From: Lachnospiraceae bacterium
GTDB lineage: Bacteria; Bacillota; Clostridia; Lachnospirales; Lachnospiraceae
NCBI GenBank assembly: GCA_022510615.1
Contig: JAFLTC010000002.1
Span: 67,850 to 131,849 of the forward strand
DNA: 64,000 bases
Direction of reading: 5' to 3'
How positions within the stretch are numbered: position 1 is the first letter of the stretch; each line of letters starts with the position of its first letter. Under the pieces are notes generated by a model that made no database searches, was not told where the DNA came from, and worked only from the letters and a program-made list of their open reading frames with translations. This document shows positions 28,605 through 38,495 of the stretch, piece after piece. Made by a program: the position numbers and the translations under genes.

Positions 28605-29816
28605 ATGATTTACAGACCCATGTATGTTGATAAAATCATGGCTTATGCAGATACGCCCTTTGTTAAAATCCTCACGGGGATTCGGCGCTGTGGTAAATCC
28701 ACCATACTGAAGATGATTATGGAAAAGCTGCACAGGGAAAAAGGTATACGGAAAGAGCAGATCGTCAGCTGCCGTTTTGACTCCATGGAATATGAAGATA
28801 TGACTGCAAAACGGATGTATGAGGAATTGAAGAGCAGATTGTATGAAAAGGGCAAAACTTATTTTTTTCTGGATGAAATACAGGAAATCGAGAAATGGGA
28901 AAAAGTAGTCAATTCTCTGGCATCCGATTTTGATGTGGATATATATGTGACTGGATCAAATTCTCGGATGATGTCCTCGGAAATTTCGACGTACCTGACT
29001 GGGCGGTATGTGGCATTCCGTATTTTTACATTGTCTTTTGGTGAATATCTGGATTTTAAAAATCATTATACATCTCTTGAAGATTATAGAGTGGAACTTG
29101 CGAATTATATCCGACTTGGTGGTTTTCCGGCTACTCATTTACAGAACTACGGTCAGGATGAAGTATATACTATCGTTAGGGACATTTATAACTCAACCAT
29201 TTTTTCAGATATTGTCAAACGGAATCAGATACGTAAGATTGATCAGCTGGAGCGTGTTGTGAAATTCACGTTCAACAATGTGGGCAATACATTTTCTGCA
29301 AAATCTATTTCTGACTATCTGAAAGCAGAGCATCGATCTTTGGATCATGAGACGGTATACAGTTACCTCGAAAAATTGGAAAAGGCATATTTACTGCACC
29401 GCTGTTCCCGTTATGATCTGCAAGGTAAGGAAATACTCAAGACACAGGAAAAATTTTATTTGGCGGATACAGCACTTCGTTATGGTGTATTGGGCTATGA
29501 TGCGGACACAGTGGCATCAAGTCTGGAAAGTGTGGTCTATCTGGAATTATGTCGCCGTGGATACACTGTTCATATCGGTAAAACAAGAGATGGTGAAGTG
29601 GATTTCGTTGCTATTCGTCAGAATGAAAGACTCTATGTTCAAGTTACAGAGAGGATTCTTTCAGAAAAGACTGAGAAACGAGAATATGATCGGCTTTTAG
29701 AGATTAAAGATAACTACCCAAAGTATGTTTTGCGGACAGATGAATTTGCCGGGGGGAATTACGAAGGAATCAAAACTATGCATGTTGCAGATTTTCTTCT
29801 GAGCTCTGAGTTCTGA
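28605..29816 (+). CDS. AAA+ ATPase (AAA_14 plus DUF4143 type)
   Basis: GIRRCGKST, FFLDEIQ, TGSNS, GGFP and EVDF motifs. Confidence 0.9.
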   Translation: MIYRPMYVDKIMAYADTPFVKILTGIRRCGKSTILKMIMEKLHREKGIRKEQIVSCRFDSMEYEDMTAKRMYEELKSRLYEKGKTYFFLDEIQEIEKWEKVVNSLASDFDVDIYVTGSNSRMMSSEISTYLTGRYVAFRIFTLSFGEYLDFKNHYTSLEDYRVELANYIRLGGFPATHLQNYGQDEVYTIVRDIYNSTIFSDIVKRNQIRKIDQLERVVKFTFNNVGNTFSAKSISDYLKAEHRSLDHETVYSYLEKLEKAYLLHRCSRYDLQGKEILKTQEKFYLADTALRYGVLGYDADTVASSLESVVYLELCRRGYTVHIGKTRDGEVDFVAIRQNERLYVQVTERILSEKTEKREYDRLLEIKDNYPKYVLRTDEFAGGNYEGIKTMHVADFLLSSEF

Positions 29817-29979
29817 TGCGATTCTCATAAACAAAGAGAAGCGGTTTTGTACCACTTGACTTTATACCTTACTTGCGAGTGGCTGTCTGAGGGTATTTAT
29901 AGGATAGCATTATAAAGATATTGTAAAATCGGCACATCTATATAAAAAAATATATGTTAAAAAACAACCATCAGGGGTA

Positions 29980-30034
29980 TGAACCGACCTCCAATCGTTA
30001 GATTTTTGGTCTAACTTTTTGGGGGGGCGGTTCA
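29980..30034. mobile_element. 55-bp MITE-like remnant made of two IS3-family (IS150/IS861-type) ends, inside a terminator hairpin
   Basis: TGAACCGACCTCCAATCGTTAGA...TCTAACTTTTTGGGGGGGCGGTTCA with TG..CA termini. Flanked by the stem AACAACCATCAG/CTGATGGTTGTT. Confidence 0.65.
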
Positions 30035-30099
30035 TTCCTCTGATGGTTGTTATGTTATATACTTATTTATCACAAAATATGTTGGTACTGATGGTTATT

Positions 30100-31116
30100 T
30101 TATTTACGTATTTTTTTTATTTCGTCGCTCTTTAATACAAAGCTTATCGTAGGTCTTAATGCGTCATAGTATTTTTTAAATGTTACTTTATTCAGCTCTG
30201 CCGGGGGGACCTCATTGTCATACCATACTGTTGTAGTGCCCCAGTTGTATTTTGTCGGTAGGGACGCCTTCAAATTGCGACCATAAGATGTTGTAGCAAT
30301 GCCAGCCCAGTAAGACGTACCATGTTTATCGGTTGCACGAATAACAGTCCACGCATGATTTTGATCTTTATCAACTACATAATAAGCTTTCATACCAAGA
30401 AACCCACAAATATCATAGGCGATTGACGCACCATCTTCACATACTCCCATAAACTTACCCTGATAAAGCTGTTTGAAAAATTTATTGCTGTGGGAGCGAT
30501 TGAACTTATAATTACACCGCTTTCCATATGTCATCCTCTGGGTGCAGTATGCCTGCAGGATGAATGCTTTCTTTTGTGACTTTGTATAATTTTCCAAGAG
30601 AACATCTAACGGTATAGATACATTATAATTCGTGCCTTGTTTGTAGGTGTGCCCGTTGATTATGAGCTTATACGTACAGTTATCCTCTGATTCCCAATAA
30701 TTTTTCCAGTCAATTAAAATTTTCTGCAAACCTTCATCCGGATTAGCCAGAAGCGGATTCAACTCATTCACAATTTTCTTTGCATAAGATGGAAGCACTG
30801 TTTTAATCTTATATTTCTGAGTACGGCTGTTGGTGTATTTAACTTTTATTGTCTGTGTTTTACCGTAATCAGTATCATATACCTTGAATTTCTTGGCTGA
30901 TGTCAAGTAGGAAACATCGAAGTTCTTATCTTTTGAGCAAATTGTTATCTTCCTGATTTTCTTTTTCGTTTTCACTTTCTTTGACTTAAAGACTGTGACT
31001 TTTATGGTCTTTGTCTTATAAGCTTTTGCTTCTGCTTTTACATTTGTGATTGATGACGAAGCGACAAACAGTACAAACGCCACTAACATAATTTTGTAAA
31101 TTTTCATTGTTTTCAT
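30100..31116 (-). CDS. Secreted transglutaminase-like (Cys-His) protein with a Lys-rich N-terminus
   Basis: Signal peptide, GVCEDGA and NHAW motifs. AT-rich. Confidence 0.7.
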   Translation of the reverse strand: MKTMKIYKIMLVAFVLFVASSSITNVKAEAKAYKTKTIKVTVFKSKKVKTKKKIRKITICSKDKNFDVSYLTSAKKFKVYDTDYGKTQTIKVKYTNSRTQKYKIKTVLPSYAKKIVNELNPLLANPDEGLQKILIDWKNYWESEDNCTYKLIINGHTYKQGTNYNVSIPLDVLLENYTKSQKKAFILQAYCTQRMTYGKRCNYKFNRSHSNKFFKQLYQGKFMGVCEDGASIAYDICGFLGMKAYYVVDKDQNHAWTVIRATDKHGTSYWAGIATTSYGRNLKASLPTKYNWGTTTVWYDNEVPPAELNKVTFKKYYDALRPTISFVLKSDEIKKIRK

Positions 31117-31383
31117 AATCAATCCCTCCATTTCATTTTTTTGATTTTATTTTTATTCAAAAATTATCAGGGTGTGGTGTTTACCCCACAGAAATTGCAA
31201 ACAGGTATCTGTCTGCGATTTGTAAATCATCTGCTTTGTGTCCCCACACTTTGATTTTGTTTTAAGTTATTCAAAGATTTAGAGGGGTTCGGGGACTTAG
31301 TCCCCGAGTTAGGGTCCTCACGTATGTTAGGGCCCGGCCTCTGAAATACGCTCGTTTTATTGAAAGTGTAGTTTCAAATATTA

Positions 31384-31908
31384 CTATTTCAGCTTGTTAA
31401 TTTTGCGTTGGGCTAAGACTGTTTTCACGAGCTGATAAATAAAGGCGGGGATTCCGACGATAACCGATAATACTGCTTTAACTGCTATGTATATAATCCA
31501 AAACCAAAATGTCCCAAATAATGAGACAGGAAAGAACGATTGCAGATATGTAAGGAATTTCCAGCCAAATGGAACAAAAAACCAAGCGACGATTGCATTC
31601 GCATAGTCGCCAAAATTACTAAGATTGCCATTATTGGCCGTCCACCATGTAGCAATGACACTGACGAGAATGCCGATAACAGTGGTTTTTATGAACTCGC
31701 CGCGGGTGTCAACCAAAGCGGTCCTGTATTTTTCCTTTCGCTGATTTTCTCTGTTCTGGGCTTGCTCCTGCTTGTTCTGCTGAACATGGGCGGCACAGGG
31801 ATCGCACATACAAGGTGTATACTTTTCGGCACATTCTCGGCATAATCCCTTTCCGCATTTTTGGCAGGTTGCGACAGCTTCTCTTTCAGTATGGTTAAAA
31901 CATTTCAT
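31384..31908 (-). CDS. Membrane protein with an N-terminal B-box-like zinc finger
   Basis: C-x2-H-x7-C-x2-C-x4-C-x2-C followed by a coiled region and TM helices. AAGGAG RBS. Confidence 0.75.
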   Translation of the reverse strand: MKCFNHTEREAVATCQKCGKGLCRECAEKYTPCMCDPCAAHVQQNKQEQAQNRENQRKEKYRTALVDTRGEFIKTTVIGILVSVIATWWTANNGNLSNFGDYANAIVAWFFVPFGWKFLTYLQSFFPVSLFGTFWFWIIYIAVKAVLSVIVGIPAFIYQLVKTVLAQRKINKLK

Positions 31909-31923
31909 GGTGATAATACTCCT

Positions 31924-32102
31924 TTACGTCCTTATTTTCTTGTTGTTTTTCAGTTTTAGTTTCTTAGACTGTCCTACCTTGACAGTCAGCTTTTTTGTGC
32001 TGAGTGACACTTTTTTGCGGCACTCGCATTAGTTCCGGGGATACTGCTAAGTATCAGTGAAAATGTCAGCAAAACAGAAAGACATTTTACATTTTGTCTC
32101 AT
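31924..32102 (-). pseudogene. Truncated, frameshifted remnant of a secreted Lys-rich Ig-like surface protein
   Basis: MRQNVKCLSVLLTFSLILSSIPGTNASAAK, then a -1 shift at an A6 tract, then KVSLSTKKLTVKVGQSKKLKLKNNKKIRT*. Same style of N-terminus as the CE1/GH43/GH10 proteins. Confidence 0.7.
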
Positions 32103-32144
32103 CAATGTTCTCTTTTCGTATGTGAATTTTGTTGATGATTGAGA

Positions 32145-32170
32145 ATGTCAAAAAGTGTACCTTTTGACAA
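32145..32170. other. Serine-recombinase crossover site, left (hix-like, core GT)
   Basis: ATGTCAAAAAGT-GT-ACCTTTTGACAA, a 12+2+12 dyad. Confidence 0.8.
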
Positions 32171-32255
32171 TAGCCCATTTTTGTCTAATCAGGTGATATT
32201 CTTTTAGTAATTTGAATATTTTTTATAAAAGATTTCACTAAAATAAGAAAATTTG

Positions 32256-32284
32256 TTGTCTATCACCAATATATATGGTAAAAT
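32256..32284 (+). promoter_or_regulatory. SigA promoter inside the invertible segment
   Basis: TTGTCT-17-TAAAAT with an extended -10 TG. It currently points at the 3' end of the recombinase gene. Confidence 0.65.
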
Positions 32285-32300
32285 ATTCCATGCGTAAGAT

Positions 32301-32326
32301 GTATCAAAAGGTACACCTTTTGACAC
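32301..32326. other. Serine-recombinase crossover site, right (hix-like, core AC)
   Basis: GTATCAAAAGGT-AC-ACCTTTTGACAC, an inverted copy of the left site, 4 bp past the recombinase stop codon. Confidence 0.8.
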
Positions 32327-32330
32327 TTTT

Positions 32331-32975
<645 letters not shown>

Positions 32976-33025
32976 TTAAGTAAGACGGCATTTGCCTTTC
33001 GGAAATCAATTATAAAACAGAGCCC

Positions 33026-33111
33026 AAACAAAAAGAAACCATCCAATCAGCGAAAACCTTTAACGCGAACGCGTTACCGGTTTGAGTCGATTGGATGGTT
33101 TCTTTTTATTT
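33026..33111 (-). repeat. Dispersed structured hairpin element, copy 2 (downstream of nfnB)
   Basis: Reverse complement of the copy-1 core with a covarying outer stem. Confidence 0.88.
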
Positions 33112-33121
33112 TATCCCTCTT

Positions 33122-34516
33122 TTATTTTGATGTTATATACTCATCAATCGCTTTTGCAGCAGCCTTTCCGGCTCCCATGGCGAGGATTACGGTGGCGGCA
33201 CCGGTTACGGCGTCACCGCCGGCGTATACGCCCTCGCGGGTAGTCAGACCGGAGTCATCCTTTGTAATCAGGCAGCCACGGTTATTTGCCTCCAGACCCG
33301 GAGTCGTGGAACGAATCAGTGGGTTCGGGCTCGTACCGATGGACATAATAACGGAATCCACATCAAGGACGAATTCGCTGCCCGCTTTTTCTATAGGGCG
33401 GCGGCGTCCGCTTTCGTCCGGCTCGCCGAGCTCCATTTCGATACATTTGATACCGCTTACCATACCTTCCTCATTTCCGAGAATTTCCACCGGATTATTT
33501 AAGGTCTTAAAGATAATGCCTTCTTCTTCGGCATGCTCTACTTCCTCTTTTCTAGCTGGGAGTTCTTCCATACCACGCCGGTAAACGATGTAAACTTCTT
33601 CTGCACCAAGACGTTTTGCGCTACGGGCAGCATCCATTGCCACATTACCACCGCCTACGACGGCAACCTTCTTAGCGTGCTGAATCGGTGTCTTGCTTCC
33701 TTCCTGATAAGCTTTCATTAAGTTAATACGGGTTAAGAATTCGTTGGCGGAATAAACGCCCTTCAAGCTCTCGCCCGGAATATTCATAAACCGTGGAAGT
33801 CCGGCACCGGAGCCCACGAAAATGGCCTCATTGCCCATTTCAAAAATTTCGTCAATGGTAAGGACCTTACCGATAACCATATTCGTTTCCACATCAACGC
33901 CAATGGCCTTTAAGTTATCAATTTCCTTTTGAACAATCGCCTTTGGAAGACGGAATTCAGGAATTCCGTAAACCAGTACGCCACCGGCAAGATGAAGGGC
34001 CTCAAAAATCGTTACCTTATATCCCATTTTAGCCAAATCACCGGCCACGGTAAGACCGCTTGGGCCGGCACCGATGACAGCTACCTTATGTCCGTTTGGT
34101 TCCGGTTTCACCGGTGTCTCGTTGGAATTCTCTCTGTGATAGTCAGCGACAAAGCGCTCCAGACGACCGATTCCCACCGGTTCGCCCTTAATGCCGCGGA
34201 CACATTTTCCCTCACACTGGGTTTCCTGTGGGCACACACGTCCGCAGACAGCCGGAAGGGAAGTGGACTGGGAAAGAACTTCAAAAGCTCCCTCAATATC
34301 CTCATTTGCTACTTTTTCAATAAAAGCCGGAATGTCAATCTGTACAGGGCATGCACTGACACATGGCTTTTTCGGGCAGTTCAGACAACGGCGTGCCTCA
34401 TTTACTGCCATATCATACGTATAGCCAAGGGCTACTTCATCAAAGTTTTTATTTCTCACATCCGGGTCCTGTACCGGCATAGGACATTTGTTCATATCCA
34501 TATTACGTTCTGCCAT
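33122..34516 (-). CDS. nfnB: NADH-dependent reduced ferredoxin:NADP+ oxidoreductase large subunit (GltD/SudA-like)
   Basis: RCLNC...CP, CGRVCPQETQCE, GAGPSG and GGGNVAMD motifs. Paired with an NfnA-like gene, and no GltB is nearby. Confidence 0.85.
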   Translation of the reverse strand: MAERNMDMNKCPMPVQDPDVRNKNFDEVALGYTYDMAVNEARRCLNCPKKPCVSACPVQIDIPAFIEKVANEDIEGAFEVLSQSTSLPAVCGRVCPQETQCEGKCVRGIKGEPVGIGRLERFVADYHRENSNETPVKPEPNGHKVAVIGAGPSGLTVAGDLAKMGYKVTIFEALHLAGGVLVYGIPEFRLPKAIVQKEIDNLKAIGVDVETNMVIGKVLTIDEIFEMGNEAIFVGSGAGLPRFMNIPGESLKGVYSANEFLTRINLMKAYQEGSKTPIQHAKKVAVVGGGNVAMDAARSAKRLGAEEVYIVYRRGMEELPARKEEVEHAEEEGIIFKTLNNPVEILGNEEGMVSGIKCIEMELGEPDESGRRRPIEKAGSEFVLDVDSVIMSIGTSPNPLIRSTTPGLEANNRGCLITKDDSGLTTREGVYAGGDAVTGAATVILAMGAGKAAAKAIDEYITSK

Positions 34517-34518
34517 GA

Positions 34519-35361
34519 TTACTTGCCCTCCTTTTTCAATAAGTTACATGCTTCTTCGCGGGCCTTTGTCTCAAAGTCCTTATACATAGTACCGCGGTGC
34601 ATCGCTTCGTCAAAGTCAACCAGATGTCCGTCAAAATCAGGACCGTCAACGCAGGCAAACTTAGTTTCTCCACCTACAGTCAGGCGGCATCCGCCACACA
34701 TACCGGTTCCGTCAATCATAATCGGATTCATGCTGACAACAGTTTTAATGTTATGTTTTTTTGTCGTGAGACAGACAAATTTCATCATAATCAATGGTCC
34801 GATGGCAATGACTTCATCATATTCATTCCCCTCCTGAATTAATTTCTCGAGGGCATCGGTAACCAGACCTTTTTCTCCATAGCTTCCGTCATCGGTCATC
34901 ATAACAAACTGGGAGCTGGCTGCTTTAAATTCATCCTCCAGAATTACCAGGTCCTTGTTACGGAAACCGACAATGGCATGGACCTCTGCGCCCATCTCAT
35001 GCAGCTTCTTTGTCACCGGATAGGCAATGGCACAACCAACGCCGCCGCCCACAACGGCAACTTTTTTTAATCCCTCTGTGTGGGTAGGAACTCCCAGAGG
35101 TCCCACAAAATCATGTACATATTCTCCTTCTTTCAGAGTATCTAGTTCCATGGTACCGGCACCCACAATCTGATAAATGATAGTAACGGTACCAGCTTCA
35201 CGGTCAAAATCTGCAATCGTCAAAGGAATTCGTTCACTGTCTTCCTTGGCACGAAAAATGATAAACTGTCCCGGTTCTGCTTTTTTAGCAATCAGCGGAG
35301 CCTCCACTGTTATTTTTGAAACAGTTGGATTCAGGGACATTTTTTCTACAATTTTAAACAT
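34519..35361 (-). CDS. nfnA: Nfn small subunit (SudB/PyrK-like, FAD and 2Fe-2S)
   Basis: PGQFII, ERIPLTI, GPLG, GGGVG and DGTGMCGGCR...CVDGP motifs. Confidence 0.88.
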   Translation of the reverse strand: MFKIVEKMSLNPTVSKITVEAPLIAKKAEPGQFIIFRAKEDSERIPLTIADFDREAGTVTIIYQIVGAGTMELDTLKEGEYVHDFVGPLGVPTHTEGLKKVAVVGGGVGCAIAYPVTKKLHEMGAEVHAIVGFRNKDLVILEDEFKAASSQFVMMTDDGSYGEKGLVTDALEKLIQEGNEYDEVIAIGPLIMMKFVCLTTKKHNIKTVVSMNPIMIDGTGMCGGCRLTVGGETKFACVDGPDFDGHLVDFDEAMHRGTMYKDFETKAREEACNLLKKEGK

Positions 35362-35578
35362 CTTTCCTCCATTCTGTGCCAACCCTGTGCGCCGGCACAA
35401 ATTATAATTTTCACATAGCATTCCTATTTTATCACAAGAAACGACCAAATTCAATTAGAAACCTTGTTTTTTATGCTGAATGGGGTTGACAAAACAAGAG
35501 CTATAATGTAATCTTTACAATAAGAAGTGGTTTTAAAAACTACATCCAGTAGAAAAAAAGTCTACCAACAAAGAAAGG

Positions 35579-37270
35579 ATGACAGAAATGAGCCTTAGTA
35601 AAGACGCCGTTGTGGCACCGTATATCCAAGTAGAAGAAGATGCACAGGGAGTATTGCAGAACATCCATTTTACCAATGATGATAAATTTAATTTTGCTTA
35701 CGATATCGTAGACCGTCTGGCTAAAAAATGTCCTGACAAGGTGGCGATGGTGCATATTTCCAGAGAGGGAAAGGAGCGTACCTTTACTTTTTACGATATG
35801 TCACGCTATTCCTCTAAGGTGGCAAATTATTTGCAATTTCTTGGAATCCGTAAGGGTGACAGGGTAATGCTTGTGTTAAAACGGCATTATCAGTTCTGGT
35901 TTGCGATTCTGGCTCTCCATAAAATCGGGGCAGTGGCGATTCCTGCTACGAATCTTCTCTTAAAGTCCGATTTTGAATATCGGTTCAAGACGGGAAACGT
36001 GGATGCAATTCTCTGTACGGCAGATGGTTCTGTTTCCAGGGAAGTTGACAAGGCCGCTAAGTCTTATAAGAATTTAAAGGTAAAGATTATGGTTGGTGCG
36101 AGCCGTCCGGGCTGGCGAAGCTTTAATAAAGAAGTAAAATATTTTTCCAGCCATTTTGCAAAACCGAGGGGGGAAAATGCGATTCAAGGGGACGACCCGA
36201 TGATTATGTTTTTCACTTCCGGTACAACTTCTTATCCTAAAATTACCATGCATAGCTTTAAGTATCCGCTGGGACATTATATTACGGCAAAGTACTGGCA
36301 TCAGGTAGACCCGGATGGAATTCATTTTGCCATTTCCGATACCGGCTGGGGAAAAGCACTCTGGGGCAAGCTATATGGACAGTGGCTTTGTGAGGCGGCT
36401 ATTTTTACCTATGACTTTGATGATTTTGATGCAAAAGAAATTTTACAGATGATAGAGAAATATAAAATTACGACATTTTGTGCACCGCCGACGGTGTACC
36501 GTGTCATGGTTCACCTGAAGTTAGACCAGTATGATTTATCCTCCCTGCAAAATGTGACGACGGCAGGGGAGGCTCTGAATCCGGAAATATTTGAAAAATT
36601 CAAGGCAAAGACCGGCTTAACTCTGATGGAAGGCTTTGGGCAGACCGAGACAACATTGACGATTGGAAATCTTGTAGGTACTACGCCAAAACCGGGTTCC
36701 ATGGGAAAACCGAGTCCACAGTATGATGTAAAGATTATGCTTCCGGACGGCACGCTGGCAAAGCCGGAGGAAGAAGGCGAAATTGTGATCTGCACAGAGG
36801 AGAATATTCCGAATGGTCTTTTTACCAAGTACTATGGGGATGAGGAAAAGACAACGGCGGCATGGCATGATGGCTATTATCATACCGGTGATACCGCATA
36901 TTATGATGAGGATGGATTTTTGTGGTATGTGGGACGGACTGATGATGTCATTAAGTCTTCCGGCTACCGCATCGGACCATTTGAAATTGAAAATGAAATT
37001 ATGAAACTTCCTTATGTGCTGGAATGTGCCGTTACCGCAGTGCCGGACCCAATCCGCGGTCAGGCGATTAAGGCAAGTATTGTACTGGCAAACGGGCAGG
37101 AGGCATCCGACCGGTTAAAAACGGAGATTATGAAATCCCTGAAAAAAAATATTGCTTCTTATAAATGGCCGAAGATTCTTGATTTTACAAAGGAACTGCC
37201 AAAGACCATCAGTGGAAAGATACGCAGAAAGGAAATAAAAGAAAATGACTGGAATGAAGATGTCGAATAG
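35579..37270 (+). CDS. AMP-forming short/medium-chain acyl-CoA synthetase
   Basis: FTSGTTSYPK, GFGQTE, YHTGD, GRTDDVIK and PKTISGKI motifs. Confidence 0.9.
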   Translation: MTEMSLSKDAVVAPYIQVEEDAQGVLQNIHFTNDDKFNFAYDIVDRLAKKCPDKVAMVHISREGKERTFTFYDMSRYSSKVANYLQFLGIRKGDRVMLVLKRHYQFWFAILALHKIGAVAIPATNLLLKSDFEYRFKTGNVDAILCTADGSVSREVDKAAKSYKNLKVKIMVGASRPGWRSFNKEVKYFSSHFAKPRGENAIQGDDPMIMFFTSGTTSYPKITMHSFKYPLGHYITAKYWHQVDPDGIHFAISDTGWGKALWGKLYGQWLCEAAIFTYDFDDFDAKEILQMIEKYKITTFCAPPTVYRVMVHLKLDQYDLSSLQNVTTAGEALNPEIFEKFKAKTGLTLMEGFGQTETTLTIGNLVGTTPKPGSMGKPSPQYDVKIMLPDGTLAKPEEEGEIVICTEENIPNGLFTKYYGDEEKTTAAWHDGYYHTGDTAYYDEDGFLWYVGRTDDVIKSSGYRIGPFEIENEIMKLPYVLECAVTAVPDPIRGQAIKASIVLANGQEASDRLKTEIMKSLKKNIASYKWPKILDFTKELPKTISGKIRRKEIKENDWNEDVE

Positions 37271-38495
37271 CAGATTGGTTGTAACCGGTATGGGAGCGGT
37301 GACCCCTATCGGTATCGGAGTAGAGGAATATTGGAAAAATCTTGTGGCAGGAAAATGCGGTGTAGAAAAAATTACCCGCTTTGATACGGAAAATCTTCCG
37401 GTTAAAATTGCGGCAGAGGTAAAAAATTTTGATGCTCTTCAGTTTATGCCGAAAAAGCTCACGAGAGAAATGGATGTTTTCATGCAGTATGGATATGCAG
37501 CGGCAATGGAAGCAATCGAGCAGGCCGGTAAACCGGCAGCCACACCGGATCGTATGGGTATTGTCGTGGGAACAGCATTGGGTGGGATTGCGCCGATTGC
37601 AGAAACACAGCATGGCGTCAGCACCGGTGAGCATAAAAAGGTAAGCCCGAGATTTGTTCCGAAAATTATCGGAAACGAGGCAGCAGCCCAGGTAGCGATT
37701 GAGAAGGGATACCGGGGCCCGAGCCTTACCGTCAGCACGGCATGTTCCTCCGGAGGGGATGCCATCAGCGCAGCGGCGATGCTTCTCATGTCAGGTCAGG
37801 CAGATGCTGTTTTGGCAATGGGAACGGAATCGGCATTATCACCGCTTTTTATTCTGGGTCTTTCTTCTGCCCATGCACTGTCTACTAATAATGATAATCC
37901 ACAGGGAGCCAGTCGGCCCTTCGATAAGAACCGGGATGGTTTCGTCATCGGCGAAGGGGGCGGTGCCCTTATTATAGAAACAGAAGAAAATGCAAAAAAA
38001 CGCGGAGCAAAAATTTTAGCCGAACTGGCAGGTTTTTCAAACTGCACAGACGGCTATCATGTAACGAGCCCTCATCCGGAGGGCGTCGGTGCCATATTCT
38101 GTATGGAAAAGGCGATTTCCCATGCGGGGCTAAAGCCGGAGGATGTGGATTATATCAACACCCACGGAACCTCTACCCCGGTGGGAGACCCGATTGAGAC
38201 GGCGGCCATCGCCGAACTTTTCGGCAGCCACGCCCCGGACATGGCGGTAACCTCCACAAAGGGAGCTACCGGACACATGATGGGGGCAGGTGGAATTACC
38301 GAGGCGATTACCTGTATTCAGTGTATCCGCACCGGAGTAGTGCCGCCGACCTTAAATTATGAAACCCCGGATGAAAAATGTGTACCGTTAAATTTCGTGC
38401 CGGGAAAGGCCATTGAGAAAAAAGTTCAGGTTGCCATGAGTAACTCCTTTGGCTTCGGCGGTCAAAACTCCAGTGTTGTATTTCGGAAATATTAA
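37260..38495 (+). CDS. fabF: 3-oxoacyl-ACP synthase II
   Basis: TACSSG, HGTST-GD, KGATGH and SNSFGFGG motifs. Confidence 0.92.
   Translation: MSNSRLVVTGMGAVTPIGIGVEEYWKNLVAGKCGVEKITRFDTENLPVKIAAEVKNFDALQFMPKKLTREMDVFMQYGYAAAMEAIEQAGKPAATPDRMGIVVGTALGGIAPIAETQHGVSTGEHKKVSPRFVPKIIGNEAAAQVAIEKGYRGPSLTVSTACSSGGDAISAAAMLLMSGQADAVLAMGTESALSPLFILGLSSAHALSTNNDNPQGASRPFDKNRDGFVIGEGGGALIIETEENAKKRGAKILAELAGFSNCTDGYHVTSPHPEGVGAIFCMEKAISHAGLKPEDVDYINTHGTSTPVGDPIETAAIAELFGSHAPDMAVTSTKGATGHMMGAGGITEAITCIQCIRTGVVPPTLNYETPDEKCVPLNFVPGKAIEKKVQVAMSNSFGFGGQNSSVVFRKY

Noticed and set aside
32061-32088. AAATGTC...GACATTT dyad (and GACTGTC/GACAGTC near 31967-31987) as extra recombination sites
   Set aside because: They lack the CAAAAGGT half-site and the 12+2+12 spacing, and they lie in the pseudogene coding sequence.
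33122-34516. Glutamate synthase
   Set aside because: There is no large subunit gene, and pairing with the SudB/PyrK-like gene indicates NfnAB.
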